A stretch of DNA of 64,000 nt from Magnetospiraceae bacterium (GTDB lineage Bacteria > Pseudomonadota > Alphaproteobacteria > Rhodospirillales > JBMYUJ01): contig JBMYUJ010000006.1 in NCBI GenBank assembly GCA_049605255.1, forward strand, positions 7,608 through 71,607, read 5' to 3'. The notes below the pieces were generated by a model. It ran no database searches. It was not told the origin of the DNA and saw only the letters and a program-made list of their open reading frames with translations. Positions 53,150 through 62,880 of the stretch are shown piece by piece. The first letter of the stretch is position 1. Every line of letters begins with the position of its first letter. The position numbers were made by a program, and so were the translations under genes.

Positions 53150-53917
53150 ATGAGTGAAACCCCCGATTTCCTAGACCTGGACGATGGCCATCGCCTTGCC
53201 TATCACAAAAGCCCGGGGCGATCGCCGGGAGTGATGTTCCTGCCCGGTTATATGTCGGATATGGAGGGCAGCAAGGCCGTTGAGCTGGAGGCCTATTGCC
53301 GCCTGCGGGGGCAAGCCTTTCTGCGCTTTGATTATACCGGCCATGGGTTTTCCTCTGGCAAATTCGAGGACGGCACCATCGGTCGCTGGGCCGCCGATGC
53401 GGTGGCGGCGCTGGACCGGTTGACGGAAGGACCGCAAGTGCTGGTGGGGTCCTCCATGGGGGGATGGCTGATGCTGCTCACCGCGCTGGCCCGCCCCGAC
53501 CGCGTGGCCGGTCTGGTGGGCCTTGCCGCCGCGCCGGATTTCACAGCGGATTTGCTCCCAACGCAACTGCCCGCCGAATATTGGCAAGCCATCCGGGAAA
53601 AAGGCGTGGCTTATGTCCCCAGCCCCTATGGCCCCGACCTCACGCCATTTACCAAAAATCTGGTGGAAGAGGCTGAAAATCAACTGATTTTGCGGGCCGA
53701 AATTCCCCTGGATTGCCCGGTTCGCCTGCTGCACGGCATGGAAGACCCGGATGTGCCCTGGCAAACCTCCCTCGCCATTCAGGAAAAACTACGCAGCCCC
53801 GATGTGGTGGTGACCCTGATCAAGGATGGCGACCATCGGCTGTCCCGGGAGGAAGACCTGGCCAAGCTGGCCCTCACCGTCGGCACATTGCTGGAAGACC
53901 TGGAGGCGGAGGGTTAG
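53150..53917 (+). CDS. Alpha/beta-fold hydrolase
   Basis: Nucleophile elbow GSSMGGW, an HG motif (DYTGHGFSSG), and C-terminal DGDHR. ATG at 53150 (AAGGA, 8-nt spacer) or 53141. Confidence 0.75.
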   Translation: MSETPDFLDLDDGHRLAYHKSPGRSPGVMFLPGYMSDMEGSKAVELEAYCRLRGQAFLRFDYTGHGFSSGKFEDGTIGRWAADAVAALDRLTEGPQVLVGSSMGGWLMLLTALARPDRVAGLVGLAAAPDFTADLLPTQLPAEYWQAIREKGVAYVPSPYGPDLTPFTKNLVEEAENQLILRAEIPLDCPVRLLHGMEDPDVPWQTSLAIQEKLRSPDVVVTLIKDGDHRLSREEDLAKLALTVGTLLEDLEAEG

Positions 53918-54789
53918 GCGTTTTCCGCCAGGATTGCCCGCAGGCCTTCCCGATAGGTGGGGTAGGTCAGGATCACGCCCAGCTTTTCATGCAGGCGGCG
54001 GTTCACCAGCACCCGATTATCTTTCCAAAAAGACAGCGCCATGGCGCTCATGGTGCTACGGGCCTGCTCGAAAGGTTCGTCCGGCGGCGGCGTAACGCCC
54101 AAAAGGTGGCAGGCATAGCGAATCACCTCGGCGGGTTCCGCCGGTTCATCATCGCAAACATTGTAGGCCGCGCCGGGGTTGGGCCGTGCCATGGCCGCGC
54201 GGGTGACCGCCACGATATCCGCCACATGAATGCGGGAAAATTTATGCCCGGGCTTGACGATGCAGCGGGCATTGCCGTCGCGCACCCGGTCGAGCGGGCT
54301 GCGACCTGGGCCATATATCCCCGCAAGGCGGAACAGATGGGCGCCCAGGCCGCGCCAATCCGCCTCTGCCATCACCCGGCGGCGGGCGCGGGCGCTGGAC
54401 GGTTGTAGAACCCGGGATTCATCCACGAGGGCCCCGCCCGCATCCCCATATACCCCGGCGGTGGAATAATAGCCGACCCAACGCAGGCTGGGCAGGGCGG
54501 CCAGATCGGCTTTGTGCTGGATCAGCGCCGGATCGCCCGCCGTGCCTGGCGGGATCGACCCCAATACATGGGTGGTCTCGGCAAACACGCCTGGGTCTAA
54601 CGGTGCCATGCCGTCAAAAACATGGGCCTCGATACCCAAAGCTTTCAGCTTTTCCGCGCCGTCCGGGTTGCGGACCGTCCCGGCGACAACCCAACCCTCG
54701 GCGATCAAGGCCGTCGCCAGGGCGGTTGCGGAATAGCCCAGGCCAAACACGAACAGCCGATTATGGGGCGTGTTCCCGGGCGTACTCAT
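53914..54789 (-). CDS. NAD(P)-binding Rossmann-fold protein (SDR / epimerase-like)
   Basis: N-terminus LFVFGLGYSATALATAL, with overall atypical-SDR length and pattern. Its stop overlaps the convergent hydrolase stop (TTAG at 53914-53917). Confidence 0.7.
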   Translation of the reverse strand: MSTPGNTPHNRLFVFGLGYSATALATALIAEGWVVAGTVRNPDGAEKLKALGIEAHVFDGMAPLDPGVFAETTHVLGSIPPGTAGDPALIQHKADLAALPSLRWVGYYSTAGVYGDAGGALVDESRVLQPSSARARRRVMAEADWRGLGAHLFRLAGIYGPGRSPLDRVRDGNARCIVKPGHKFSRIHVADIVAVTRAAMARPNPGAAYNVCDDEPAEPAEVIRYACHLLGVTPPPDEPFEQARSTMSAMALSFWKDNRVLVNRRLHEKLGVILTYPTYREGLRAILAENA

Positions 54790-55946
54790 GGGTCGGGGCT
54801 TTCCGGGATATTCCCTGGCCAGGAATAACGGGTAACGTTCAGTTCAAAAAGCCCCGCATCGGTGCGGATGAGGAACTTTCGATTGCCATCGGCGAGCCAT
54901 TGGTTCAGCCGTTCGCTGGTATCAAAATCTTGGTGGCGCAAATACGTTCCCCCTTTTTCCACCGCCGTGCCGGGGTGGGAGATCGCTTGCGCGATATCGG
55001 CAAACAGGCCCACGGTGAATTCCATGGCGCTGATGTCGAAGACCGTCCGCCCTTCTGCCGTGGAATCGGGAACCGGGGTGGCGGTCAGGCTGGGCGGGCG
55101 CGGCAACAGGTTCATCTCCTGCATGGCCGTGTTGGCGGCCAGCGTGGCGGCGCCCTCATTCATCCCTTCGGCGGTGAATTTGGCGATCAAATCGCGCCGG
55201 GTGTCGGTGAGAAGCTGAAGGCGCTCGATTTCCGTCCGCCGCAGCAACCCGTCGTAATCCGGGGCGGTGAGGCCGTGCGGATACTGGTCTTGCAACGGGG
55301 CCGTGGTTTTCAACAGCCGAGTTTCCCCTTTTTTCTCATCCACAAGAAGGATGCCGCCGGGCATGCCTTCGGAATCGCGCATGGAAACCACCTCCCAGCG
55401 GCCCGACAGCACCGGGCTTCCCAGGCCTGGGGGATAGGTGGTGCCAGTGATCCAGTTTCCCTTCGCCCCACCGCCATCGGTTTTCCAGATTCCGGCCAAC
55501 CGAAATTCAGGGGTCGTATCTGCATCGCGCCGGTCATAGCGGACCAGGTAGGATACCTGACCCTCGGCGGCTTCCAGCCGCATCTGCGGATAGCCAAAAA
55601 TGCGGCCTTGATATTCTTTGGATTGGCTGCCCGAAAGTGGCGTTTCATCCCAGGTTTCCAAAACCTCTTCCGCCCCGTCCGCCAGGGAAATCCGCCGCAG
55701 GGAAAGCCTGTCGGTCAGAACATAAACCCGCGCGGGAGGGGTCAGCATCTCCCAGCCAAACCCCAGCACAATGCCCCGGGCATCACGCCGGATGGTGTAA
55801 ATCCCGGTGCCGTCTGCATCAAACACGGGGCCATAGTAGCCCGTGCGGCTTTCATAGCGGATCGCGCCCAAGGCCAATGCCGCAAGCACCAGTACCCCCG
55901 CCAAGGCAGCGAGGGCCGCAACCAGAATGACGGCGGTCCGATACAA
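54786..55946 (-). CDS. Membrane-anchored hypothetical protein (386 aa)
   Basis: Single N-terminal TM helix (AVILVAALAALAGVLVLAALALGAI). No family recognised. Its stop overlaps the SDR start (ATGA). Confidence 0.55.
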   Translation of the reverse strand: MYRTAVILVAALAALAGVLVLAALALGAIRYESRTGYYGPVFDADGTGIYTIRRDARGIVLGFGWEMLTPPARVYVLTDRLSLRRISLADGAEEVLETWDETPLSGSQSKEYQGRIFGYPQMRLEAAEGQVSYLVRYDRRDADTTPEFRLAGIWKTDGGGAKGNWITGTTYPPGLGSPVLSGRWEVVSMRDSEGMPGGILLVDEKKGETRLLKTTAPLQDQYPHGLTAPDYDGLLRRTEIERLQLLTDTRRDLIAKFTAEGMNEGAATLAANTAMQEMNLLPRPPSLTATPVPDSTAEGRTVFDISAMEFTVGLFADIAQAISHPGTAVEKGGTYLRHQDFDTSERLNQWLADGNRKFLIRTDAGLFELNVTRYSWPGNIPESPDP

Positions 55947-55957
55947 TCAACGGGTTC

Positions 55958-56689
55958 CTAAAAATCCAGGTTGGCGTAATGGGCCGGGGGGCGGCAGCCT
56001 GGAATGGTATCGTTCAGAATTGTGCGGAAACTGGGGCGAGATTTCACCCGCGCATACCAGGCTTTTGCCTCCGCGTGATCCTCCCAGGGCACATCCCCCA
56101 GATAATCGGCGCAAGAAAGATGCGCGGCGGCGGCGATATCGGCGAGTGACAAGGCATCGCCTGCCAGCCAGCGGCGGCGCTCCGCCAAATAATCGATATA
56201 ATCCAGATGATGCCGAATATTGGTCTTCGCCGCCCGCAAGGCCCGGGAATCAGGCGCGCCCAGGCCCAGGAACAGCTTCATGAATTTTTCATCGACCAGC
56301 GGTTCCGTGACCTCCAGATTGAATTTTTCGTCGAACCAGACCACCAGCCGGCGCACTTCCGCGCGGGCCGCCGGGGCGGTCGGCAACAGGGGGTTTGCGT
56401 TCCGGGTTTCTTCCAGATATTCCCGCAATGGGCCAATACCGCTGATCGTGATACCTTCGGGCTCGACCATCACGGGGACGGCCCCGGCCGGGTTGAGGGC
56501 CAAAAACTCCTCTCGCCGCTCCCAAATGGGTTCGATTTTTTCCGCAAAATCCAGGCCCTTTTCCCCCAGCAGAACACGTGCCTGACGGCTGAACGGGCAC
56601 ACGGAAAGGTGAAACAGCAGGCGATCTGGCAAGGCCTCGCCCGTGGGCGCTGTCTCCATCATATACATCTCTGAAGCGGAATCGGTCAT
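55958..56689 (-). CDS. Glutathione S-transferase family protein
   Basis: Thioredoxin-like N-domain with CPFSRQARVLL and VPVMV, plus a helical C-domain. Start uncertain among several ATGs. Confidence 0.75.
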   Translation of the reverse strand: MTDSASEMYMMETAPTGEALPDRLLFHLSVCPFSRQARVLLGEKGLDFAEKIEPIWERREEFLALNPAGAVPVMVEPEGITISGIGPLREYLEETRNANPLLPTAPAARAEVRRLVVWFDEKFNLEVTEPLVDEKFMKLFLGLGAPDSRALRAAKTNIRHHLDYIDYLAERRRWLAGDALSLADIAAAAHLSCADYLGDVPWEDHAEAKAWYARVKSRPSFRTILNDTIPGCRPPAHYANLDF

Positions 56690-56717
56690 GGCGCCAGTAT
56701 CGGGTATGGAGCGTTAA

Positions 56718-57335
56718 TCACTCGTTGAGGTTCCCCGGAAGGTCAACCGGATGATCAACGGGCAGTTCGTCCGGGTCCATCTCCGGCGGGGCGGTGCGGG
56801 CTTGCTTCAGGGCGCTGCGGACAATACGGCCCCCTTGCACATGGGCTTCCAGCGGGATGGGCGCGCCGCCCGGTGCGACGGGGCGCCCGGCGAAACGCCC
56901 CAGGCTGATCAACCGGTCATACATGACAATGGCGCCCGCCACCGACAGATTGACGCAAAACTGGGTGGGAATGCGGATGAAATGATCACATCGGGCGGAT
57001 ATTTCCGGGGAAAGCGAGCCCTTTTCCGGGCCCAACACATAGGCCGCCCGGCGCGGATGGCGAAAGCTGGGCAGGTCCACCGCGTCGTCCAGCAGTTCTA
57101 CCCCCACAAGATCGCAACCTTGGGGGAGAACCAGGGCGGGGAGATCGGGGAAGGAATAAAACGGCACCTGGCCTTCCGACCGGGTGGTGTCGGCGCGCCC
57201 GCCCGCGCCTTTCTCATAGGCCGCCCCGATGGTGAACACGAAGCCCGCGCCAAAGGCATGGGCCGTGCGAAACAAGGCGCCCGTATTGCGGGCCTTGCTG
57301 ACCCCTTCCACCCCGATGCCGAAATATCCCTTCAA
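56718..57335 (-). CDS. SpoU/TrmH-family RNA methyltransferase
   Basis: GIGVEGVSKARNTGALFRTAHAFG, LGPEKGSLSPE, and IRIPTQFCVNLSVAGAIVMYD are SPOUT knot motifs. Confidence 0.75.
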   Translation of the reverse strand: MKGYFGIGVEGVSKARNTGALFRTAHAFGAGFVFTIGAAYEKGAGGRADTTRSEGQVPFYSFPDLPALVLPQGCDLVGVELLDDAVDLPSFRHPRRAAYVLGPEKGSLSPEISARCDHFIRIPTQFCVNLSVAGAIVMYDRLISLGRFAGRPVAPGGAPIPLEAHVQGGRIVRSALKQARTAPPEMDPDELPVDHPVDLPGNLNE

Positions 57336-57395
57336 CGCCCTGCCTCATGTTGGTTGGTGCCTCAGGGGAATGGCAAGGGAAAGGCCGGGTTGTCA

Positions 57396-57429
57396 AGCAA
57401 AACGCCCGGCGGAAGACCACCGGGCGTTT
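57396..57429 (-). terminator. Rho-independent terminator downstream of the BI-1 family gene
   Basis: 10-bp perfect stem AAACGCCCGG / CCGGGCGTTT (57400-57409 / 57420-57429) with a 10-nt loop. On the - strand the 3' arm runs into TTTTGCTTG. Confidence 0.55.
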
Positions 57430-57467
57430 GTAAACAGCGCCTCTGAAGCGCGATTTTTCGTGCCGAA

Positions 57468-58202
57468 CTATTCGCGGTTCCCGAACAGGCTCAGCAGCAT
57501 CATGAACAGGTTCACGAAATCCAGATACAGCATGGTCGCGCCATAAATGGTCTTCTTGGCGACGGCTTCCCCAACTTCGCCCGCCACATACCAGGCTTTG
57601 ATCTTTTGGGTGTCATAGGCGGTCAGGCCCGTGAAGATCAGCACACCCGCCGCCGAGATCACGAAATGCAGGGCGGAGCTGGCGAGGAAGATGTTCACGA
57701 TGCTGGCGATGATCAGGCCGATCAAGCCCATGATCAGGAACGAGCCCCAGCCGGACAGATCCTTCTTGGTGGTGTAGCCATACAGGCTCATGCCCGCGAA
57801 GGTCGCTGCGGTGATAAAGAACACCCGCGCGATGCTGGCCCCCGTGTAGACCATGAAGATGGAGGCGAGGGAGAGGCCCATCACGGCCGCGAAGGACCAG
57901 AAAAGCACCTGTACCGTGCCGACGGACATTTTATGGATGCCGAAGGACAGCGCCAGAATGAAGCCGAGTGGTGCGAACATGATCAGGTAAGGCAGAACCG
58001 GCACCGAATAGATGGCGATCAGCGTTTCTGGAGCCATTTGGCCCAAACCGAAAGCCACCAACCCGGTCAGCGCCAGGCCGCCGGTCATGTAATTGTAAAC
58101 GCCGAGCATGTATTCCCGCAGACCGGCGTCAATCTCCGCGCCGCGGGCGCCAGCCCGACTCTGGGTCTGAGCTAAAGTCCGGGGATCCATTCCGAAAGCC
58201 AT
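57468..58202 (-). CDS. Bax inhibitor-1 / YccA family membrane protein
   Basis: GLREYMLGVYNYM followed by seven hydrophobic helices. ATG at 58202 has GAGGA 8 nt upstream. The track start at 58313 is rejected. Confidence 0.85.
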   Translation of the reverse strand: MAFGMDPRTLAQTQSRAGARGAEIDAGLREYMLGVYNYMTGGLALTGLVAFGLGQMAPETLIAIYSVPVLPYLIMFAPLGFILALSFGIHKMSVGTVQVLFWSFAAVMGLSLASIFMVYTGASIARVFFITAATFAGMSLYGYTTKKDLSGWGSFLIMGLIGLIIASIVNIFLASSALHFVISAAGVLIFTGLTAYDTQKIKAWYVAGEVGEAVAKKTIYGATMLYLDFVNLFMMLLSLFGNRE

Positions 58203-58338
58203 TTTACGTATCCTCATCATTTCACAAGTGGATAGGGTCGTTTCTGACAATATGTTATGCGCGCGCGGGGAATCAATGGAAACCGGTATGACAACCCTGT
58301 GAATCGGACTCAATCGACCCCTATGCCCGTATTGCGGG

Positions 58339-60861
58339 CTATTCGTTGCGCAATAAAGGCGCGGCGGGTTGGCTGAGTGCCCGCCAAGTACCCAGCAAAC
58401 CAGCCAGAATCACCACCAGAAGGCTGATCCCCACCACACTGGCCACCACGCCGGGCAGGAAGACCCATTCCATATCCATCAGGAAGGCGACAATACCGAA
58501 AGACACCAACGTGCCGACCACCGCCGCCGTCAGGCCCGTGGCGAGGCCCAACGCGCCATATTCCACCAGATAGGCCCGCGCCACATTGCGGCGGGTGGCG
58601 CCCAGCACCTTGAACACCACCGAATCGTAAACCCGGCGCCGATGCCCGGCGATAATCGCGCCGGACAGCACCAAAACCCCCGCCAACAGCGCCACCGAGG
58701 CGGCCCCGCGCACCGCGAGCCCGATTCCCGCCAGGATATTGGCGGCGGCCTCCAGGGCTTCGCGGACCCGCACGGCGGTGACGTTGGAGAATTTATCCGT
58801 TACCGCTTTTTCGAGCGAATCCTCGATCTCTACCGGGGCATCCGCCGCCGCCACATGCACATGGGGGGCGCCTTCCAGCACGCCGGGAGAAAAGATGATG
58901 GCGAAATCGAATTGCAAGGATCGCCAATTGATGGCCCGCAGCGAGGCAATCTCGGCGGTCACATCCCGGCCCAGGATGTTGAGGGTCAGGGTATCACCCA
59001 CCCCAACGCCAAATCCTTTGGCCACATTGGCATCCAGGGAAATCAGCGGCGGGCCACTGTAATCCGCGGCCCACCATTGGCCCGCCACGAAATCCGCCTT
59101 TTCCGGCGTTTCCGCGCGGTAGGTCAGGGCCCGATCCCCGCGCAGCGCCCAACGGGCATTGGGGGCCACATCCACTTTTTCCGAGGGCACACCGTTGATC
59201 TCCACGATGCGGCCCCGCAAGGAGGGCACCCGCTGCACCTTGCCCACGCCGTCGATGCCGCCAACCGCCGCGTCAAACTCCGCCACTTGATGGCTTTGGA
59301 TATCCAGGAAGAAAAAGGCCGGGGCGCGGTCTGGCAAGCGGTCGCTGATCTGGCGGCTCAGGTTGCCCTGCACCAGGGCGATGGCCACCAATACCGCCAG
59401 GCCCAGGCCCAACGACATGGTAATGGAATCCGTGCGATTGCCCGCCCGGTGCAGGTTGGCGATGCCGAGCCGCCAGGCCGCATCGCCGAATCCGGTGAGG
59501 CGCGGGGTGACCCGGCGCACGGCGCCCGCCGCCAGCCGCAAGGTAATCATGGAAACCGCCGTGCAGACCACGAACCAGACGGCGAATCCCCGGTCGCTGG
59601 CGGTCAGAATCACGAACCCGGCGGTAACGGCCACCAGAACGGCGAGGGTGATGAGGGAGAGCCGGTCCACCCCCTTGGGTTCCACCACCCGAGACCGGAA
59701 CAAGGCGGAGGCGGGCACGGTCCGCGCCCGCAACAGCGGCCAGATGGAAAAGGTGGTGGCGGTCAAAAACCCGATCAGCCCGGCAATGGTCAGCGGGACC
59801 GGATAAATGCCGGGAACGGCGCTCACCGGTAATGCGCCCTCCAAAGCGGTGAATGCGATAGCGGGAATCGCGGTCCCCACCATCAGGCCGAGCCCGATGC
59901 CGATGGCGGCCAGCACCATCACTTGCTGGAAATAGACGAGGAAGATCAAACGGCCGCTGGCGCCCACGCATTTCAGGGTCGCGATGGCGCCCGTCTTGCG
60001 TTCCAGGAACGCCGAAACCCCATTGCCCACGCCGATGCCGCCCACCAGCATGGCCGACAGGGCGGCAAAGGACAGGAACAGGGTCATCCGTTCCACAAAC
60101 CGTTCGACCCCCGGCGCCGCGTTGCCGGGCTGGCGAATCCGCCATCCCGCTTCCGGCAGGGCGCTATCCAGATCCTCGATCCAGGCCGTGGGAGACGACC
60201 CCCCCGGCACCAAAACCCGGGTGTAATAGCGGATCTGACTGCCCGGCTGCACCAGCTCTGTATCTGGCATCGCGGTGTCGGCAATCATCACGCGCGGCCC
60301 GAAATTGATCACCGAGGTAACCCGGTCGGGCTCCTTGGCGATCACCGCGCGCACCTGGAAATCCGCCTCGCCGATGCGGAAACGGTCCCCCACCGCAAGG
60401 TCCAGCCGGTTCAACACCGTGGGCTCCAGGGCCGCGCCCCAAACCCCGTTGGTGTTTGCCAGCACGTCTTGCAATCGGTCTTGCGTCCCGGTGAGGGATA
60501 AAGCGCCCACCAGGGGATAGGCATCATCCACCGCTTTCAACTGCACCAGGATACGGCGGTCATCGCCGCCATGGGCCATGGCCCGCATCTCCATGGTGTC
60601 GGACAGCGCGGCCGCGTTGGCCGTCAGATAGGCGCGCTCCTCGGCGCTCGGCGGGCGTTGCACCAGGCGTAAGGAAACATCGCCGCCCAGCAACATCCGG
60701 CCATCCCGGCGCAAGCCTTCCTCTAACGACGCCCCGACCGAGCCCACGGCGGCGATCCCCGCCACGCCGAGGACCAAACAGGCGATCACCACCTTGAACC
60801 CACTCAGGCCGCCGCGCAGCTCCCGCCGCGCCAGCCGCCAGGCCAGGAAAAGCTGAGTCAT
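58339..60861 (-). CDS. FtsX-like ABC transporter permease (YbbP-type, duplicated FtsX domains)
   Basis: 840 aa, about 10 TM helices in two FtsX-like modules separated by large periplasmic loops. Starts 4 nt inside the ATPase gene. Confidence 0.8.
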   Translation of the reverse strand: MTQLFLAWRLARRELRGGLSGFKVVIACLVLGVAGIAAVGSVGASLEEGLRRDGRMLLGGDVSLRLVQRPPSAEERAYLTANAAALSDTMEMRAMAHGGDDRRILVQLKAVDDAYPLVGALSLTGTQDRLQDVLANTNGVWGAALEPTVLNRLDLAVGDRFRIGEADFQVRAVIAKEPDRVTSVINFGPRVMIADTAMPDTELVQPGSQIRYYTRVLVPGGSSPTAWIEDLDSALPEAGWRIRQPGNAAPGVERFVERMTLFLSFAALSAMLVGGIGVGNGVSAFLERKTGAIATLKCVGASGRLIFLVYFQQVMVLAAIGIGLGLMVGTAIPAIAFTALEGALPVSAVPGIYPVPLTIAGLIGFLTATTFSIWPLLRARTVPASALFRSRVVEPKGVDRLSLITLAVLVAVTAGFVILTASDRGFAVWFVVCTAVSMITLRLAAGAVRRVTPRLTGFGDAAWRLGIANLHRAGNRTDSITMSLGLGLAVLVAIALVQGNLSRQISDRLPDRAPAFFFLDIQSHQVAEFDAAVGGIDGVGKVQRVPSLRGRIVEINGVPSEKVDVAPNARWALRGDRALTYRAETPEKADFVAGQWWAADYSGPPLISLDANVAKGFGVGVGDTLTLNILGRDVTAEIASLRAINWRSLQFDFAIIFSPGVLEGAPHVHVAAADAPVEIEDSLEKAVTDKFSNVTAVRVREALEAAANILAGIGLAVRGAASVALLAGVLVLSGAIIAGHRRRVYDSVVFKVLGATRRNVARAYLVEYGALGLATGLTAAVVGTLVSFGIVAFLMDMEWVFLPGVVASVVGISLLVVILAGLLGTWRALSQPAAPLLRNE

Positions 60862-61559
60862 GCAGCCAACCCATGGTCGATAACCCGGCCATCGGCCAGC
60901 CGTACGGTGCGGTCGCAGCGCCGGGCCAGGGCGGGATCATGGGTGATCAACATCAAGCTCGTGCCCTTGCGCGCTTGCAAATCAAACAGCAGGTCCATCA
61001 CCTTATGCCCGGTTTCCTGATCCAGGTTGCCCGTGGGCTCGTCGGCCAGCAGAATATCCGGCTCGGCCACAAAGGCCCGCGCCAACGCGACGCGCTGCTG
61101 TTCCCCGCCGGAAAGTTGCCCCGGATAATGGGTCAACCGATGACCCAGCCCCACGGCCTCCAGCTGCGCCGTCGCCCGGGCCATGGCATCGCGCTTGCCC
61201 GCGAATTCCAGGGGGATGGCCACATTCTCCAACGCTGTCATGGTCGGCACCAGGTGGAAATCCTGAAAGACGATACCCACCTTATCTCGGCGAAACAGGG
61301 CGAGGCCGTCTTCATCCAGGCTATTCAGGTCCACACCCGCCGCCTGTACGGCGCCCGTGCTGGGCCGTTCCAACCCGGCGATGATCATCAGCATGGTGGT
61401 CTTGCCCGACCCAGATGGCCCCACAACGCCCACGGTTTCGCCACGATGGACGGTTAGATCCATGCCCCGGAGGATATTGACCTCCCCGGCACGGCTCGTC
61501 AGTGTGAGATGAACGTCGGAAAGTGTTACGGCAGCGGTTTGGTTAAGAGGTTGGTTCAT
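60858..61559 (-). CDS. ABC transporter ATP-binding protein (YbbA-type)
   Basis: Walker [11 protein letters not shown]-loop, signature [14 protein letters not shown], Walker [13 protein letters not shown], and H-loop ITHD. Confidence 0.9.
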   Translation of the reverse strand: MNQPLNQTAAVTLSDVHLTLTSRAGEVNILRGMDLTVHRGETVGVVGPSGSGKTTMLMIIAGLERPSTGAVQAAGVDLNSLDEDGLALFRRDKVGIVFQDFHLVPTMTALENVAIPLEFAGKRDAMARATAQLEAVGLGHRLTHYPGQLSGGEQQRVALARAFVAEPDILLADEPTGNLDQETGHKVMDLLFDLQARKGTSLMLITHDPALARRCDRTVRLADGRVIDHGLAA

Positions 61560-61589
61560 GAAGCGTGGGTACCTGAATAGGATTGTCAA

Positions 61590-62246
61590 ATGAAACCAAT
61601 GCTTTTGGCATATGGCGTGTGGCGCGCGCTTTTCAACGTGGGGGTGATCCTGGCGGTTTTCGTCGGCACCCCGGCCCTGGCCGCCGAACCGATGAAGTTG
61701 CTGCTAATCGGCGATAGTCTCACGGCGGGATACGGGCTGCCCGCGTCGGATGGGTTTGCCGAACAACTGGCAACGGCGCTGGAAGATGCGGGGGAAACCG
61801 TTACCGTGATCAACGCAGGCGTTTCCGGCGATACCACGGCGGGCGGGCTTGCCCGGCTGGATTGGACCTTGGCGGAAAAACCCGATGCGGTGGTGCTGGA
61901 ACTGGGTGCCAATGACGGTTTGCGCGGGGTGGACCCTGCCGTGACCCGCGACAATCTGGATGCCATGCTGAAGATCCTGGGCGACAAGGGTATCCCCGTG
62001 CTGCTGGCGGGGATGCTGGCGCCGCCCAACCTGGGCCGGTCCTACGGCGATGAATTCAATCGTATTTTTCCGGAAATGGCCGACCAGCATGATGTGCCGC
62101 TATACCCGTTTTTCTTGGAAGGTGTGGCCGCCATCTCGGCCCTGAACCAAAGCGATGGCATCCATCCCAATGCGGAAGGGGTGGCCATCATCGTGCGCAA
62201 TATCCTGCCCCATGTGCGGGAATTGCTGGAACAGGCGCGGGAATAA
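61590..62246 (+). CDS. SGNH/GDSL arylesterase-thioesterase (TesA-like)
   Basis: Signal-like N-terminus. Block I LLLIGDSLTAGYG, block III ELGANDGLR, and block V DGIHPN. Divergent from the ybbA/ybbP-like pair, as in E. coli. Confidence 0.8.
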   Translation: MKPMLLAYGVWRALFNVGVILAVFVGTPALAAEPMKLLLIGDSLTAGYGLPASDGFAEQLATALEDAGETVTVINAGVSGDTTAGGLARLDWTLAEKPDAVVLELGANDGLRGVDPAVTRDNLDAMLKILGDKGIPVLLAGMLAPPNLGRSYGDEFNRIFPEMADQHDVPLYPFFLEGVAAISALNQSDGIHPNAEGVAIIVRNILPHVRELLEQARE

Positions 62247-62328
62247 CCCTTTCCCCTTTCTAACCTCCCGCCGCGGCGCTACACTGCGCCCGCTGAACAA
62301 TAACCGGCTTCGCTTTTGGCCTGACCCC

Positions 62329-62874
62329 ATGCTCCGTGTTTTCGTTGGCCTCGCCATTCCCCCCGATATCGGCAACCATTTGGCGTTGATGCAAAGCGGT
62401 ATCCGTTTTGCCCGCTGGGTCTCGCCCGCCAACCTGCATATGACCCTGCGCTTCGTGGGCGAGATCGACGAGGGTCTGGCGGAAGATCTGGACGACAAGC
62501 TGGCCGGAATCCGGGCGCCCAGTTTCGATCTGCAATTGCGCGGGCTCGATACTTTCGGCAACGGGCGCGGCCCCCGGTCCATCTTCGTGGGCGCCGCCCC
62601 CTGCGAAGCGCTGGACCGCCTGGCGGCCAAGGTGGATACGGCGGCGAACCGGGCGGGCGTGCCACCAGAACGGCGCAAGTTCAAGGCGCATGTGACCCTG
62701 GCCCGTCTCAAAGAGGTTAGCGGTGGCCATGTGGGCGGCTTTATCGAGGCCTATAACACGGTTCAGGTAGCGCCGTTCCCCGTACGGGAATTCGTGCTGT
62801 TCCGCAGCCATCTGCTGCCCGAAGGCGCCCATTATGAACCGCTGGTGCAGTATCCGTTGCAGGACTTGGGGTGA
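62329..62874 (+). CDS. thpR: RNA 2',3'-cyclic phosphodiesterase (2H family)
   Basis: Two H-x-T-x motifs (LHMTLRF and AHVTLAR). 181 aa. ATG at 62329, because the track start at 62155 overlaps tesA. Confidence 0.85.
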   Translation: MLRVFVGLAIPPDIGNHLALMQSGIRFARWVSPANLHMTLRFVGEIDEGLAEDLDDKLAGIRAPSFDLQLRGLDTFGNGRGPRSIFVGAAPCEALDRLAAKVDTAANRAGVPPERRKFKAHVTLARLKEVSGGHVGGFIEAYNTVQVAPFPVREFVLFRSHLLPEGAHYEPLVQYPLQDLG

Positions 62875-62880
62875 GAAAGG

